Virus record (IMG/VR): IMGVR_UViG_3300045988_109366
Location: 1 to 64,000 of that record
DNA: 64,000 nucleotides
Source: a virus
Direction: 5' to 3' (one strand)
Shown: piece by piece, positions 52,741-60,936 of the stretch
Layout: each line of letters starts with the position of its first letter
Position numbering within the stretch: the first letter of the stretch is position 1
The notes under the pieces: model-generated
The model's database searches: none
What the model saw: only the letters and a program-made list of their open reading frames with translations
Told to the model about the DNA's origin: nothing
Made by a program: the position numbers and the translations under genes

Positions 52741-53283
52741 CTCCATGCCGCAATCTTTGCAGACAAATGTTCGATCCGATAATTTCAGATCTTTATTCTT
52801 CCAGCCACATCTTGAACAGGTTTTCGAGGATGGGTAAAAACGATCTATAACAATCAGTTCTTTACTATACCACCTACACTTGTATTCAAGTTGGTTACGG
52901 AACATCGAGAAAGAAGCATCATATACAGAACCGGCAAGTTTGTGATTCTGTAGCATACCGGAAGCATTTAGATTCTCAATACAGATAACATCGTAATTAT
53001 TTACCAGCATCGTGGTCAAATTATGCATGTACCATGAACGCTTGTTGGCTATATCACGATGAAGTCTTGATACTTTTAGCCTGCATTTGTTTCTTCGATT
53101 ACTTCCTAATTTCTTTCTTGATAAATGCCGTTGCATCCTTTTTAACTTCGCTTGGTTCTCACAAAGAAAATGGGGATTCTCAACAGCAATCCCATCAGAT
53201 AATGTTTTTGCAAGAAGTTCTTCTTGTGTTTTGTTCGGATACATACGATATTTATATGAACATCTTATTAGACTCATCATCAA
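52627..53283 (-). CDS. Internally deleted TnpB (218 aa): keeps the N-terminal YKYRMYP strand, RuvC-II, zinc ribbon and RuvC-III; lacks WED/REC and the RuvC-I Asp
   Basis: Aligns to 3109-4251 at residues 1-22 and about 191-380. The junction at ..LLAKT|LSD.. is in frame. The GVDLG motif is absent. Confidence 0.75.
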   Translation of the reverse strand: MMMSLIRCSYKYRMYPNKTQEELLAKTLSDGIAVENPHFLCENQAKLKRMQRHLSRKKLGSNRRNKCRLKVSRLHRDIANKRSWYMHNLTTMLVNNYDVICIENLNASGMLQNHKLAGSVYDASFSMFRNQLEYKCRWYSKELIVIDRFYPSSKTCSRCGWKNKDLKLSDRTFVCKDCGMEIDRDLNAAINIQAVGVDAAIRTQSSRVASCVEASKME

Positions 53284-53355
53284 TTCATTTTAATATATTA
53301 AATATGCAAATAATTCTATGATTTTACAATGGATTACTATCGATTTTGTAATTAT

Positions 53356-53496
53356 TTAATCATACTTGTCTCCTCTTCTGTATACTAACGCTACCCAACA
53401 GTCGTATTTTTTGCTGTATCCTATAAGAGGGACACCTTCCATAGGCGGATTATCTTTCGTTTTGTACCTTAATTTTGTTATTTGCTTTATGCTCAT
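53356..53496 (-). CDS. Micro-ORF (46 aa; DNPPMEGVPLIGYSKKYDCWVALVYRRGDKY), DUF551-like pattern
   Basis: ATGA overlap with the upstream stop. Below the track cutoff. Confidence 0.35.
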   Translation of the reverse strand: MSIKQITKLRYKTKDNPPMEGVPLIGYSKKYDCWVALVYRRGDKYD

Positions 53497-53870
53497 ATAA
53501 TCTTATGTTTAAGTAATTCCATCATCATCGAAAACAATGTGTCTACAAGAAGTTTCTCGCTACTCCAATATATAGGGATCTCGTCTATATCTCTATACGC
53601 TACAGACCATGCATGTTTTAGCTTATAACATTCTAATGTACAACCCTCTATCTCATATGGGAGCAAATTCAGTAACGTCCCTACATCCCAAACAGGGTTG
53701 GATATATCCGGGGTAACGGCCTCGATCAGTCCTATACGACCAGCGTCATCCTCCATAGAATGTAATTGATCCAGATACTTGTCTCTGAAACCGATGGCGG
53801 TGGAGATAGGGAGGCCGGCCTCAACCAGCACTCTCCCCTGTTCTTTTGTGGTGAATATCCTTTCTTTCAT
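53493..53870 (-). CDS. Hypothetical protein (125 aa)
   Basis: Starts directly after the methyltransferase stop. Confidence 0.65.
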   Translation of the reverse strand: MKERIFTTKEQGRVLVEAGLPISTAIGFRDKYLDQLHSMEDDAGRIGLIEAVTPDISNPVWDVGTLLNLLPYEIEGCTLECYKLKHAWSVAYRDIDEIPIYWSSEKLLVDTLFSMMMELLKHKII

Positions 53871-54383
53871 CTAACCTTTGATCTTTTTCTCTACAGTAAC
53901 AATCGTATCATTATGCCATCCCCCATGAGCCACTAGAAGAATCTCCTGCTGCTCGAAACCAAGCCCTGCCCCTATACCGCCGGAGTTCCACGCGCAGGTA
54001 ATGACCACCCCGCCCTTCTTGGTGATCCTAGCTATCTCCTTCTTCTGCCTAGCCCAATAACTAGATTGCGTTGTTTGCATATTAACAGATCCTCCAAGTC
54101 TTTTATACGACTCAGATACCTGTCTCGCAGAATATGGTGGATCATATAATACCATATCAGCTATATTATCATCAAGATGACACAAGAAGTCCGTGGCGTC
54201 TTTATGATACATAGCCTTAGTCTCAGGATCAAGATCGTTGGTTATCGTCCCTATATCGCTGTTTCTGGCGAATGGATCCACTATAACCATTCCATCTTTT
54301 TTATATCTATCTATAAGTTCTCTTATCGGTTTTATGCTGAATGTCTCGCTGTTCGGCATTGACCATTTCTTGTTTATAATCAT
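53871..54383 (-). CDS. DNA methyltransferase (N6-adenine or N4-cytosine type)
   Basis: Motif I-like VIVDPFARNS and motif IV DPPY (VLYDPPYS). Confidence 0.8.
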   Translation of the reverse strand: MIINKKWSMPNSETFSIKPIRELIDRYKKDGMVIVDPFARNSDIGTITNDLDPETKAMYHKDATDFLCHLDDNIADMVLYDPPYSARQVSESYKRLGGSVNMQTTQSSYWARQKKEIARITKKGGVVITCAWNSGGIGAGLGFEQQEILLVAHGGWHNDTIVTVEKKIKG

Positions 54384-54410
54384 CTCTTAACTCTGTTTTA
54401 AATTTAAGTT

Positions 54411-54596
54411 TCATAGCACTTCTAGGTACAGGATCGCATATGTCATCCCACCAATTCTTGTGCCCTTTCGATGTCCGTCCTCTCCTATCCTTCTACCGAC
54501 AATGACTCCTATATATCTTCCTCTTATGGCTCCCGGATTCCAGCCCTTGTCATGCTCTAAAATATCATCCAACGATATATGTTTGTCTTTCGGCAT
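54411..54596 (-). CDS. Hypothetical protein (61 aa, start MPKDKHISL)
   Basis: Internal ATG of track ORF 54411-54683. The upstream part of that ORF is a GC-island shadow. Confidence 0.45.
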   Translation of the reverse strand: MPKDKHISLDDILEHDKGWNPGAIRGRYIGVIVGRRIGEDGHRKGTRIGGMTYAILYLEVL

Positions 54597-54813
54597 TTCT
54601 ACCGACCAATTGCACCAATAAAGACGATGCCTTGGTCTGTGCCGAGACCAAGGCGCTATCGATCTCCACCGGCTCCACGCCAAGCTCCTCGGTAATCACC
54701 CAGCGGTGCTCATCCCGCATCCGGACGTTCTCGCCCAAGAACAGGACCTTACCTTTTGTCACCTTCTTCCCGGCTTTAAGAGCCTCTACGTCTTTATCGG
54801 TAATCTTTTTCAT
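54565..54813 (-). CDS. Hypothetical protein (82 aa)
   Basis: ATGA overlap with the upstream gene. Confidence 0.55.
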   Translation of the reverse strand: MKKITDKDVEALKAGKKVTKGKVLFLGENVRMRDEHRWVITEELGVEPVEIDSALVSAQTKASSLLVQLVGRNAERQTYIVG

Positions 54814-55142
54814 ACTTTCGATATTTTATCGTTACAATTAAATTCATCTTTCATCCTGATCTTTATGCCTCCATATGATAATTCCTTATGAGCTGTGACA
54901 AAATAATCAACCGCATCTTCATCTAATAAACTATGCGGGCACCTTTCCCATACAGGACTTTGATCTAGATGATCCCATGTGGCTACAAGTAACCTATTCT
55001 TGTCATCATCAATAGCTATTTTGTATGTCCCTGTAGTAGCCTTACGTTTAATGATCGCTCCATTTAACATCTGTTTCTTAGCCCAGCTCCATGAGCCTCT
55101 CAACCCAAATGTTCTTATAACCCAGTTATTTATCTTCTTCAT
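54810..55142 (-). CDS. DUF2829-like (Tad2-like) small protein
   Basis: WSWAKKQMLNGAIIKRKA near the N-terminus and SPVWERCPHSLLDEDAVDY resemble the DUF2829 pattern (recall-based). Confidence 0.4.
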   Translation of the reverse strand: MKKINNWVIRTFGLRGSWSWAKKQMLNGAIIKRKATTGTYKIAIDDDKNRLLVATWDHLDQSPVWERCPHSLLDEDAVDYFVTAHKELSYGGIKIRMKDEFNCNDKISKV

Positions 55143-55148
55143 TTCAAA

Positions 55149-55415
55149 TTATTTGTTAAAAGTGTAATATAAATATAAATACATAAATTGAATAGGGCTA
55201 TTCACCATGCCCTTATCAGTAGGATCATCGTATTTGTCAAGCCAAAGACGAAGCGCCTCCCAATCGATATCCTTACGGTCACATACCATGCAGGCTAGGT
55301 TAGCCCCGAACGGCTCCCCGCCGCCGCTCAGCGAGCTATTAAACCTTTTGGCTAGTCTTTCCTTGAATCCCTTATCATACCAAATACCGGAGGTAGCGGC
55401 ATAGCAATAATAAGC
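55149..55415 (-). CDS. ORF lacking its own start, abutting the right end of the TnpB element (possibly the 3' part of an interrupted gene; first in-frame ATG at 55289)
   Basis: The frame is open from the IS boundary. The track start (TTG 55442) lies inside the IS right end. Confidence 0.4.
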   Translation of the reverse strand, partial: AYYCYAATSGIWYDKGFKERLAKRFNSSLSGGGEPFGANLACMVCDRKDIDWEALRLWLDKYDDPTDKGMVNSPIQFMYLYLYYTFNK

Positions 55416-55560
55416 GTTGTACTTCAGGTGATTATATACCAATTTAAACCAGTATAATTTGACGCTTCACAGCCCCGGCCATCGCCGGTGACTCCACATC
55501 CCCTACCCGGTCCACCACCGGTGACGTATTTTATTGGGTTAGAAGATTCTGTTTTTCTAA
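55416..55560 (-). ncRNA. Predicted omega-RNA of the solo TnpB
   Basis: GC-rich segment GTCACCGGTGGTGGACCGGGTAGGGGATGTGGAGTCACCGGCGATGGCCGGGGCTGTGAAGCGTC in an AT-rich context, immediately 3' of tnpB. Confidence 0.45.
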
Positions 55561-56646
55561 CCCAAATTTCTTTATGTTCCTAGCGGCAAGAAGATCCCTA
55601 TCATTTACGGCTCCACAAGAAGGGCAAGTCCAGATACGATCGGATAATTTAAGATCCCGATGTATGTACCCACATCCGCACATCTTGGAGCTAGGTTCGA
55701 ATCTACCAACCCGAATCAAATTCACGCCCTTCCAATCCGACTTATAGCTTAATATTCTAAAGAACTCGCTCCATGAGCATGAAGCTATGCTATTAGCCAG
55801 CTTATGGTTCTTCATCATCCCCTCCACGTTAAGATCCTCAATAACCACGGTTTGGTTCTCGCCTAGGATATTGTTGACCACATGGTGCAGGAAGTTATGT
55901 CTTTGATTTGATATACGCTCGTATGCCTTAGCTACAGCTAATCTGGCTCTTTCTCTTCTTCGGCTTCCTTTTTGTTTGCGAGTTAATCTACGTTGTAAGC
56001 ATCTTAACCGTGCGGAAGACCTTTCAAGATATTTCGGGTTCTCGAAAATCGAACCGTTCGATAAGGTTGCGAATGTCTTTATCCCGACATCGATACCTAC
56101 AGCGGTATCCGGATTTATAGGAGACTTGTCCGGCAATTTGAGGCCGTTATCTACAAGGATACTGATATAGTACTTATTTGTAGGTGATTTAGATACAGTG
56201 ACAGTCCCTATTTTACCTTTAAACACTTGGTTTGAGTAGAATCTTATCCATCCTAATTTCGGTAACTTAATCCTGTTGTTATCGAAATCAATATGAACAT
56301 TGAGGATATTCTTGAACGATCTCCTTGATCCTCGCTTTGACTTGAATTTTGGGAAGCCTTTCTTTTCCCTAAAAAATCTGGTGAAAGCCTGATCAAGATT
56401 CCTTATTGACTGTTGCAGACATTCGTTAGACACCTCATTAAGCCAAGTATATTCCTCTTGTTTCTTCAAATCAGTCAGTTTCTTGCATAGATCAACAGCC
56501 GTAAGTGATTTTTTATCATCTTGATACGCTTCGATTTTTGTCTGCAAAGCCCAGTTATAGATAAATCGTGTTGATCCGAAAGTCCTCTCTATTAGAGAGA
56601 TCTGTTCGGATGTCGGATTTAGTCTATATTTATAAGCTTTTAGCAT
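55531..56646 (-). CDS. tnpB: TnpB RNA-guided nuclease (371 aa from MLKAYKYRLNP)
   Basis: RuvC-I VGIDVGIK, RuvC-II VVIEDLN, zinc ribbon CGCG..CPSCG, RuvC-III DRDLLAARNI. Confidence 0.9.
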   Translation of the reverse strand: MLKAYKYRLNPTSEQISLIERTFGSTRFIYNWALQTKIEAYQDDKKSLTAVDLCKKLTDLKKQEEYTWLNEVSNECLQQSIRNLDQAFTRFFREKKGFPKFKSKRGSRRSFKNILNVHIDFDNNRIKLPKLGWIRFYSNQVFKGKIGTVTVSKSPTNKYYISILVDNGLKLPDKSPINPDTAVGIDVGIKTFATLSNGSIFENPKYLERSSARLRCLQRRLTRKQKGSRRRERARLAVAKAYERISNQRHNFLHHVVNNILGENQTVVIEDLNVEGMMKNHKLANSIASCSWSEFFRILSYKSDWKGVNLIRVGRFEPSSKMCGCGYIHRDLKLSDRIWTCPSCGAVNDRDLLAARNIKKFGLEKQNLLTQ

Positions 56647-56768
56647 ACTACTGTCTTTTGATACAAAGATGTGATATAAAAAGTAATTATATACGATTTT
56701 ACTTATGTCATACAACATAATAGTGTAAAGATGTATATAATTACTTAATGTTATTTCGGATATGGATG

Positions 56769-57044
56769 TCATTTTTTGTCATATATCAACATAACGTTGA
56801 TAAGATCAGCCTTTCTAACCATCCCCTCAAGTTTATTAAAGCCATCCATATTATCCCCACTGACGATAATAGTAGGATATACTTCTATGCCGTACTTGGA
56901 TATCTCCTCCTCCGTGGCTTTGTTCTCTGGGATCTGGTTTAACGTAACCTCACCCTCATACTCCTGTAATGTGTTGGCGATAATATACCGCATGTAGTCG
57001 CTGCACTCAGCGTCTTTCTTCGTGAAAAAATCAATTCTTACCAT
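56769..57044 (-). CDS. Thioredoxin-fold-like small protein (no CxxC)
   Basis: 91-aa ORF. Fold assignment by pattern only (..YGIEVYPTIIV..). Confidence 0.45.
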   Translation of the reverse strand: MVRIDFFTKKDAECSDYMRYIIANTLQEYEGEVTLNQIPENKATEEEISKYGIEVYPTIIVSGDNMDGFNKLEGMVRKADLINVMLIYDKK

Positions 57045-57110
57045 CTCAAATAGTTGTTAATCTGTTAATAATCAAATCAGCGGTAAATATAGCATTATCT
57101 ACCTCATCTA

Positions 57111-57734
57111 CTACTCTTTCTCCTGACTCTTCCATTTCACTAGTCCTTTATTATGTTTATCGTAATACAACATTGCTATAGCGTTCCACACCACCTGCGC
57201 AAGATGCATACATCCTGTATCCGAATCAAATCTCTCCCCTTTCGTATAAGCAACTAAGTGCCGCATGGTCGCACCTAAATACCGATTGAATCCATCAGGT
57301 ATATCTTGCCATGAGTTATCGGCGTACTTCTTGGCTCCTTCCGTATATACCCTCACGATGTCCTCTATCTCAGCCAAAGGAAGGAGATCCCACCGGAGTT
57401 TACCGTCGGCCCGGTCGTCCTTCCCCGTCCCGTCCTTGCCTGGCAGCCCACCTCCTTTATTGGCGTCCTCATTCCCATCTGGCTGGATGATCTCCTCCGA
57501 TAAGGCCTTATTGCTATTCATTACTATCTCCTCCGCCTCATCCTTGTCTATAAGCCGTTCCCTTATAGCTATATGTAGCGGCAATACCTCATCCTCTCCA
57601 GCCCACATGGAACCATATCCCTTTGGATATAACGTTGATAATTTCATCGTACCTGTATTATCCGCCGTTCTTTCAACCTCCCAGATCTCACCCTCGCAAA
57701 AGACCTTGTCAAATTTATTAAATTCGTATTTCAT
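57111..57734 (-). CDS. dATP/dGTP pyrophosphohydrolase-domain (MazZ/DUF5664-like) protein
   Basis: C-terminal half KLRWDLLPLAEIEDIVRVYTEGAKKYADNSW...RHLVAYTKGERFDSDTGCMHLAQVVWNAIAML. Confidence 0.65.
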   Translation of the reverse strand: MKYEFNKFDKVFCEGEIWEVERTADNTGTMKLSTLYPKGYGSMWAGEDEVLPLHIAIRERLIDKDEAEEIVMNSNKALSEEIIQPDGNEDANKGGGLPGKDGTGKDDRADGKLRWDLLPLAEIEDIVRVYTEGAKKYADNSWQDIPDGFNRYLGATMRHLVAYTKGERFDSDTGCMHLAQVVWNAIAMLYYDKHNKGLVKWKSQEKE

Positions 57735-58012
57735 ATCCTTTCCCCTCCCTCTTGGTGTATTCTTATTGCTACATCATCATCAAGTGAGGATAATGCTTTA
57801 ATATGTAATAATATATCTCGTTCATCGTTCTTATTTTTCCCTGCAATACATGATAGAGTATTACCATTCATTTCTATTGTAGCCCATCCTTTTATGACAG
57901 GTTCGTGCCTCTTCAGCTTAGCGGCATCTTCTCTCGTTATCCAATATTCTTCAAAGATTATGTCTGGATACATAGCTTTTATTTCCTCCCCGGTTTTATA
58001 CCACGTTGCCAT
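57731..58012 (-). CDS. Hypothetical protein (93 aa)
   Basis: ATGA overlap with the downstream gene. Confidence 0.55.
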   Translation of the reverse strand: MATWYKTGEEIKAMYPDIIFEEYWITREDAAKLKRHEPVIKGWATIEMNGNTLSCIAGKNKNDERDILLHIKALSSLDDDVAIRIHQEGGERI

Positions 58013-58027
58013 ATCTCATGTTTTTAA

Positions 58028-58249
58028 TTAATAAAACTCGCTTAAATCCCTGCATTCTGGTGTCTCATCTGTTATGGAATAAAGCTCACCAGATGATAGA
58101 TATACGCAATGCGAGGTCTTCCCGTCCCTCCACTCGCTTTGCTTCGTAATCCCGCAAATAGCGCAGCGTTGGATCCCCGGACCCGCCTTTACCCACGAGT
58201 GTCGTACGTTTTTCTTTCTCGTCCTGTTGGTGTTGTCAAGTTTCCTCAT
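58028..58249 (-). CDS. Small zinc-ribbon-like protein (73 aa)
   Basis: CAIC...HC...C Cys/His pattern. Confidence 0.5.
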   Translation of the reverse strand: MRKLDNTNRTRKKNVRHSWVKAGPGIQRCAICGITKQSEWRDGKTSHCVYLSSGELYSITDETPECRDLSEFY

Positions 58250-58250
58250 A

Positions 58251-58469
58251 TTAATCCTCCAAAGTCATTATAATCTTATCTTTCCCGATAATAGCCTCAT
58301 TCCCGCTCCTTATATCAAAGCATCTCCCTTCATCTGCCTCCTTGAAATAAAGAACGCCATTGTACTCGAATAAACCGAAGCCGTAATCGTCTAGCTTCAT
58401 TTTGCTAAGTTTTTTGAACTTATATACGTTTTTCATATCCTCCATATTTTCTTTATCCATATAAAACAT
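58251..58469 (-). CDS. Hypothetical protein (72 aa)
   Basis: ORF in the gene chain. Confidence 0.5.
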   Translation of the reverse strand: MFYMDKENMEDMKNVYKFKKLSKMKLDDYGFGLFEYNGVLYFKEADEGRCFDIRSGNEAIIGKDKIIMTLED

Positions 58470-58611
58470 CGATGCCCCCCATTGACATTACCCCTACAAC
58501 TGCCATAATTAGTCCCTCGTAGAACATGCTGCAATGTAGTTTATTCCAACCCTTCATCATTACAATTATGGATAATATGATTATCGCCACAATAAACAAT
58601 ATCCATATCAT
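58453..58611 (-). CDS. Micro-ORF encoding a two-TM peptide (52 aa)
   Basis: ATG lies 2 nt after the DHH gene stop. MIWILFIVAIIILSIIVMM... Below the track cutoff. Confidence 0.35.
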   Translation of the reverse strand: MIWILFIVAIIILSIIVMMKGWNKLHCSMFYEGLIMAVVGVMSMGGIDVLYG

Positions 58612-58612
58612 A

Positions 58613-59479
58613 TCACATCTCCTTACTTTTTAAGAACTCCATCATATCCTCCACGCTAAGCTGGAAGCCGGCAGCCGCCTTATGGCCTCCTCCACCGGGG
58701 TTGGCCTTGCGTGCCAGCGCCGAGACATCCACCTCCTCCTTGGTGGTATAGAACGAGCATCTGAAGAATCTGCCGTTCCAGCAAAATGGCATCATCAAAT
58801 CATGTTTTCTAGGATCGTACATAGACTCGAATGTGGTGGAGTTAAACTCCGTAGTATTCATACATATCGACTTGTATCCAAATATATCTGCCTCGAATGA
58901 GAACATCTTCATCTCTCCTCTGTTTTTCTCAACGATATACTCCAGTATCGCCTCCCCGTTCCTTATCATGTCATATATGAAGTCATGATCGCCATCCATG
59001 ACCTTTGCCGCCATATCCACGTCAAGACCACAATATCCTCTCATCCCATATTGGAATGAAAGAACGTCACTCCACTCGAACCGGTCGTGATCCCATACAT
59101 CATAAGCACTCAATAATTCTACCACATTAGGAGTTTTGATGTCATCGAAAAGATATTCCCACGTAAGCTCACAGGTCGCCGTCCCTATACGCCTCTTGCC
59201 CTTTACCTCGTAATCCCTCATATCGTCTATGGCTGTCTTATGATGGTCTATCCATATGACATCTGTACCTTTATCCTTCCACTCATCGAAAAGGAATCTT
59301 GTTCTGTTTCCAAATGACACGTCAACTACAAATACCTTATCATATTTATTCACGTCAGGTATTTCCTTGCCGTAATTGTAAGGAAGAAGATCAATGTCTT
59401 CCCCTTTGAAATACTTTTTTACTATAGCCGCTGACATTACTCCGTCAAGATCAGCCTCATGATATATACATCCTGTCAT
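58613..59479 (-). CDS. DHH-family phosphoesterase (NrnA/RecJ-like)
   Basis: HEADLDG, WIDHHKT (DHH) and GGGHKAAAGF (DHHA1) motifs. Confidence 0.85.
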   Translation of the reverse strand: MTGCIYHEADLDGVMSAAIVKKYFKGEDIDLLPYNYGKEIPDVNKYDKVFVVDVSFGNRTRFLFDEWKDKGTDVIWIDHHKTAIDDMRDYEVKGKRRIGTATCELTWEYLFDDIKTPNVVELLSAYDVWDHDRFEWSDVLSFQYGMRGYCGLDVDMAAKVMDGDHDFIYDMIRNGEAILEYIVEKNRGEMKMFSFEADIFGYKSICMNTTEFNSTTFESMYDPRKHDLMMPFCWNGRFFRCSFYTTKEEVDVSALARKANPGGGGHKAAAGFQLSVEDMMEFLKSKEM

Positions 59480-60936
59480 AATCTGTTGTTTTTGATTAAA
59501 AAATCTATGTATTCTTTTATATCCTTGTTCCTATCATTATCCCAGTCAAATGTCTTGTTTATGAATTTGAAGTACGATACTGGGATCGAATGCAACATCC
59601 ATCCACAATATTTCCCGAATGCCATTACCGTAGAGCCAAGGGGATGGGGCGGTCTACCCGGGATAGGAGCTGCGGTTACGCCCTGCGCCAGCCCCCTCCT
59701 TCGGTCTTTCTTGGCGGCTTTGATATCCAGATCTGTTTTCGTTACCTTATCCCCCATCGGGATATTAGTGATTAGTTTATCGTCGATAAACATCCCCCAT
59801 CCATATCCTTTGTAGTTCTCTATGCTAAGACCCCGTATATCGCCGAATCTCGAAGAGTTATCGCAGCAGTCAACCACCATCGCACTATCCTTTCCATCCT
59901 TGATTCTCACGGCTCTACCAATGGCTTGGTACCATGTAGAGAACGAGAACGTAGGTCTGCCGAATACCACACAGTCCAGTCCGGGATGATCGAATCCGGT
60001 TCCGAGGGCGGAATAGTTGAACACCACCTGCGTCCCACCTGACTTGAACCTCTCGACTATAGCCTCCCGCTGCCTCTTTGGCGCGCCTCCGTGAACTACC
60101 TCCGCCATGCCAGCGCATATCTTGGCGTTCATCCATTCGGCGGCCGTATTGCAGCTCTCAACAGAATCCATAAACACCAGTATAGATCTGCATACGTCTT
60201 TTAATACCATCAACCGACGTAAAATAAGGTTGTTTAAGCCGTTTTTTCTCACCGCCTCACTAATAGACTCGGCCGTATATTCGGAGCCGTTAGAATTAAG
60301 TTTAAGGGCATCTCCATTGAAATCCCATGTCTCATATTTAAGAGGTGTCCAAAATCCTTGCCTTATCATCTCCTCCACCTGTATGACATGGATTAGGTTC
60401 TTGAAATATACCGGTCTCATACGAGTGATGAAATTAAGCCGGGAATATGACACCTTCCCTATCGACATCGTTTTAAGCCTGCATGGTGTAGCGGTAAACC
60501 CTATCACCTTTCTCGGCTTCAGCTCATTCATGAATGTCATGAACTCACTGCCGTCCTCAGGACTGTATCCGGCATGAGCCTCATCTATCAACACGTTCCT
60601 GATTCCCATCTCTTTAAGCTTATCAACAACCTTCTTGACAGATCCCATAGTGGCGTATATCATGTTGGATAGCTCTTTCTTACCACATGAGGCGGAGTAG
60701 ATGGTTGCCGGTATCCCGTAAGATGTGATCTTGTCGTGGTTTTGTATTAGTAATTCGCGAGACGGCTGGAGAACCAGCGTCTTATCTCCCATCAATCTAG
60801 CCGCTTCTGCTATGAGGATCGATTTACCGCAACCTACAGGCCCTACGATCAATACCGGATCATGTCTATCAGAGTTTATGTAATCAGAGATGCTTTTAAC
60901 GCAATCCTCTTGATATGGTCTTAGTTTATATATCAT
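59476..60936 (-). CDS. SF2 DEAH-box DNA helicase
   Basis: Walker A GPVGCGKS, DEAH (LIDEAHAG), TATP, motif VI QAIGRAVR. Confidence 0.9.
   Translation of the reverse strand: MIYKLRPYQEDCVKSISDYINSDRHDPVLIVGPVGCGKSILIAEAARLMGDKTLVLQPSRELLIQNHDKITSYGIPATIYSASCGKKELSNMIYATMGSVKKVVDKLKEMGIRNVLIDEAHAGYSPEDGSEFMTFMNELKPRKVIGFTATPCRLKTMSIGKVSYSRLNFITRMRPVYFKNLIHVIQVEEMIRQGFWTPLKYETWDFNGDALKLNSNGSEYTAESISEAVRKNGLNNLILRRLMVLKDVCRSILVFMDSVESCNTAAEWMNAKICAGMAEVVHGGAPKRQREAIVERFKSGGTQVVFNYSALGTGFDHPGLDCVVFGRPTFSFSTWYQAIGRAVRIKDGKDSAMVVDCCDNSSRFGDIRGLSIENYKGYGWGMFIDDKLITNIPMGDKVTKTDLDIKAAKKDRRRGLAQGVTAAPIPGRPPHPLGSTVMAFGKYCGWMLHSIPVSYFKFINKTFDWDNDRNKDIKEYIDFLIKNNRL

Larger units (their letters stand above)
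52581..53330 (-). mobile_element. Deletion derivative of the IS607-type element (no tnpA, internally deleted tnpB, both end motifs retained)
   Basis: Right end TTCTATGAAATTTACAACTATG and left-end-like ATCATAGAATTATTTGCATATTTA match the element at 2490-4284. Confidence 0.6.
55416..56700 (-). mobile_element. Solo TnpB element (IS605/IS1341-like, no TnpA); left boundary approximate
   Basis: The right end is defined by GAAGCGTC-N45-ACAAC, the same spacing as in the IS607 copy. GC-rich structured region downstream of the ORF. Confidence 0.55.

Noticed and set aside
56647-56772. A 42-aa N-terminal extension of TnpB (track ORF 55531-56772, 413 aa).
   Set aside because: TnpB proteins begin at the M-x-x-(Y/F)-K-Y-R strand, here M at 56646. 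The extension is Ile/Tyr-rich, lies in the presumed left end, and is better explained as the remnant of an interrupted gene.
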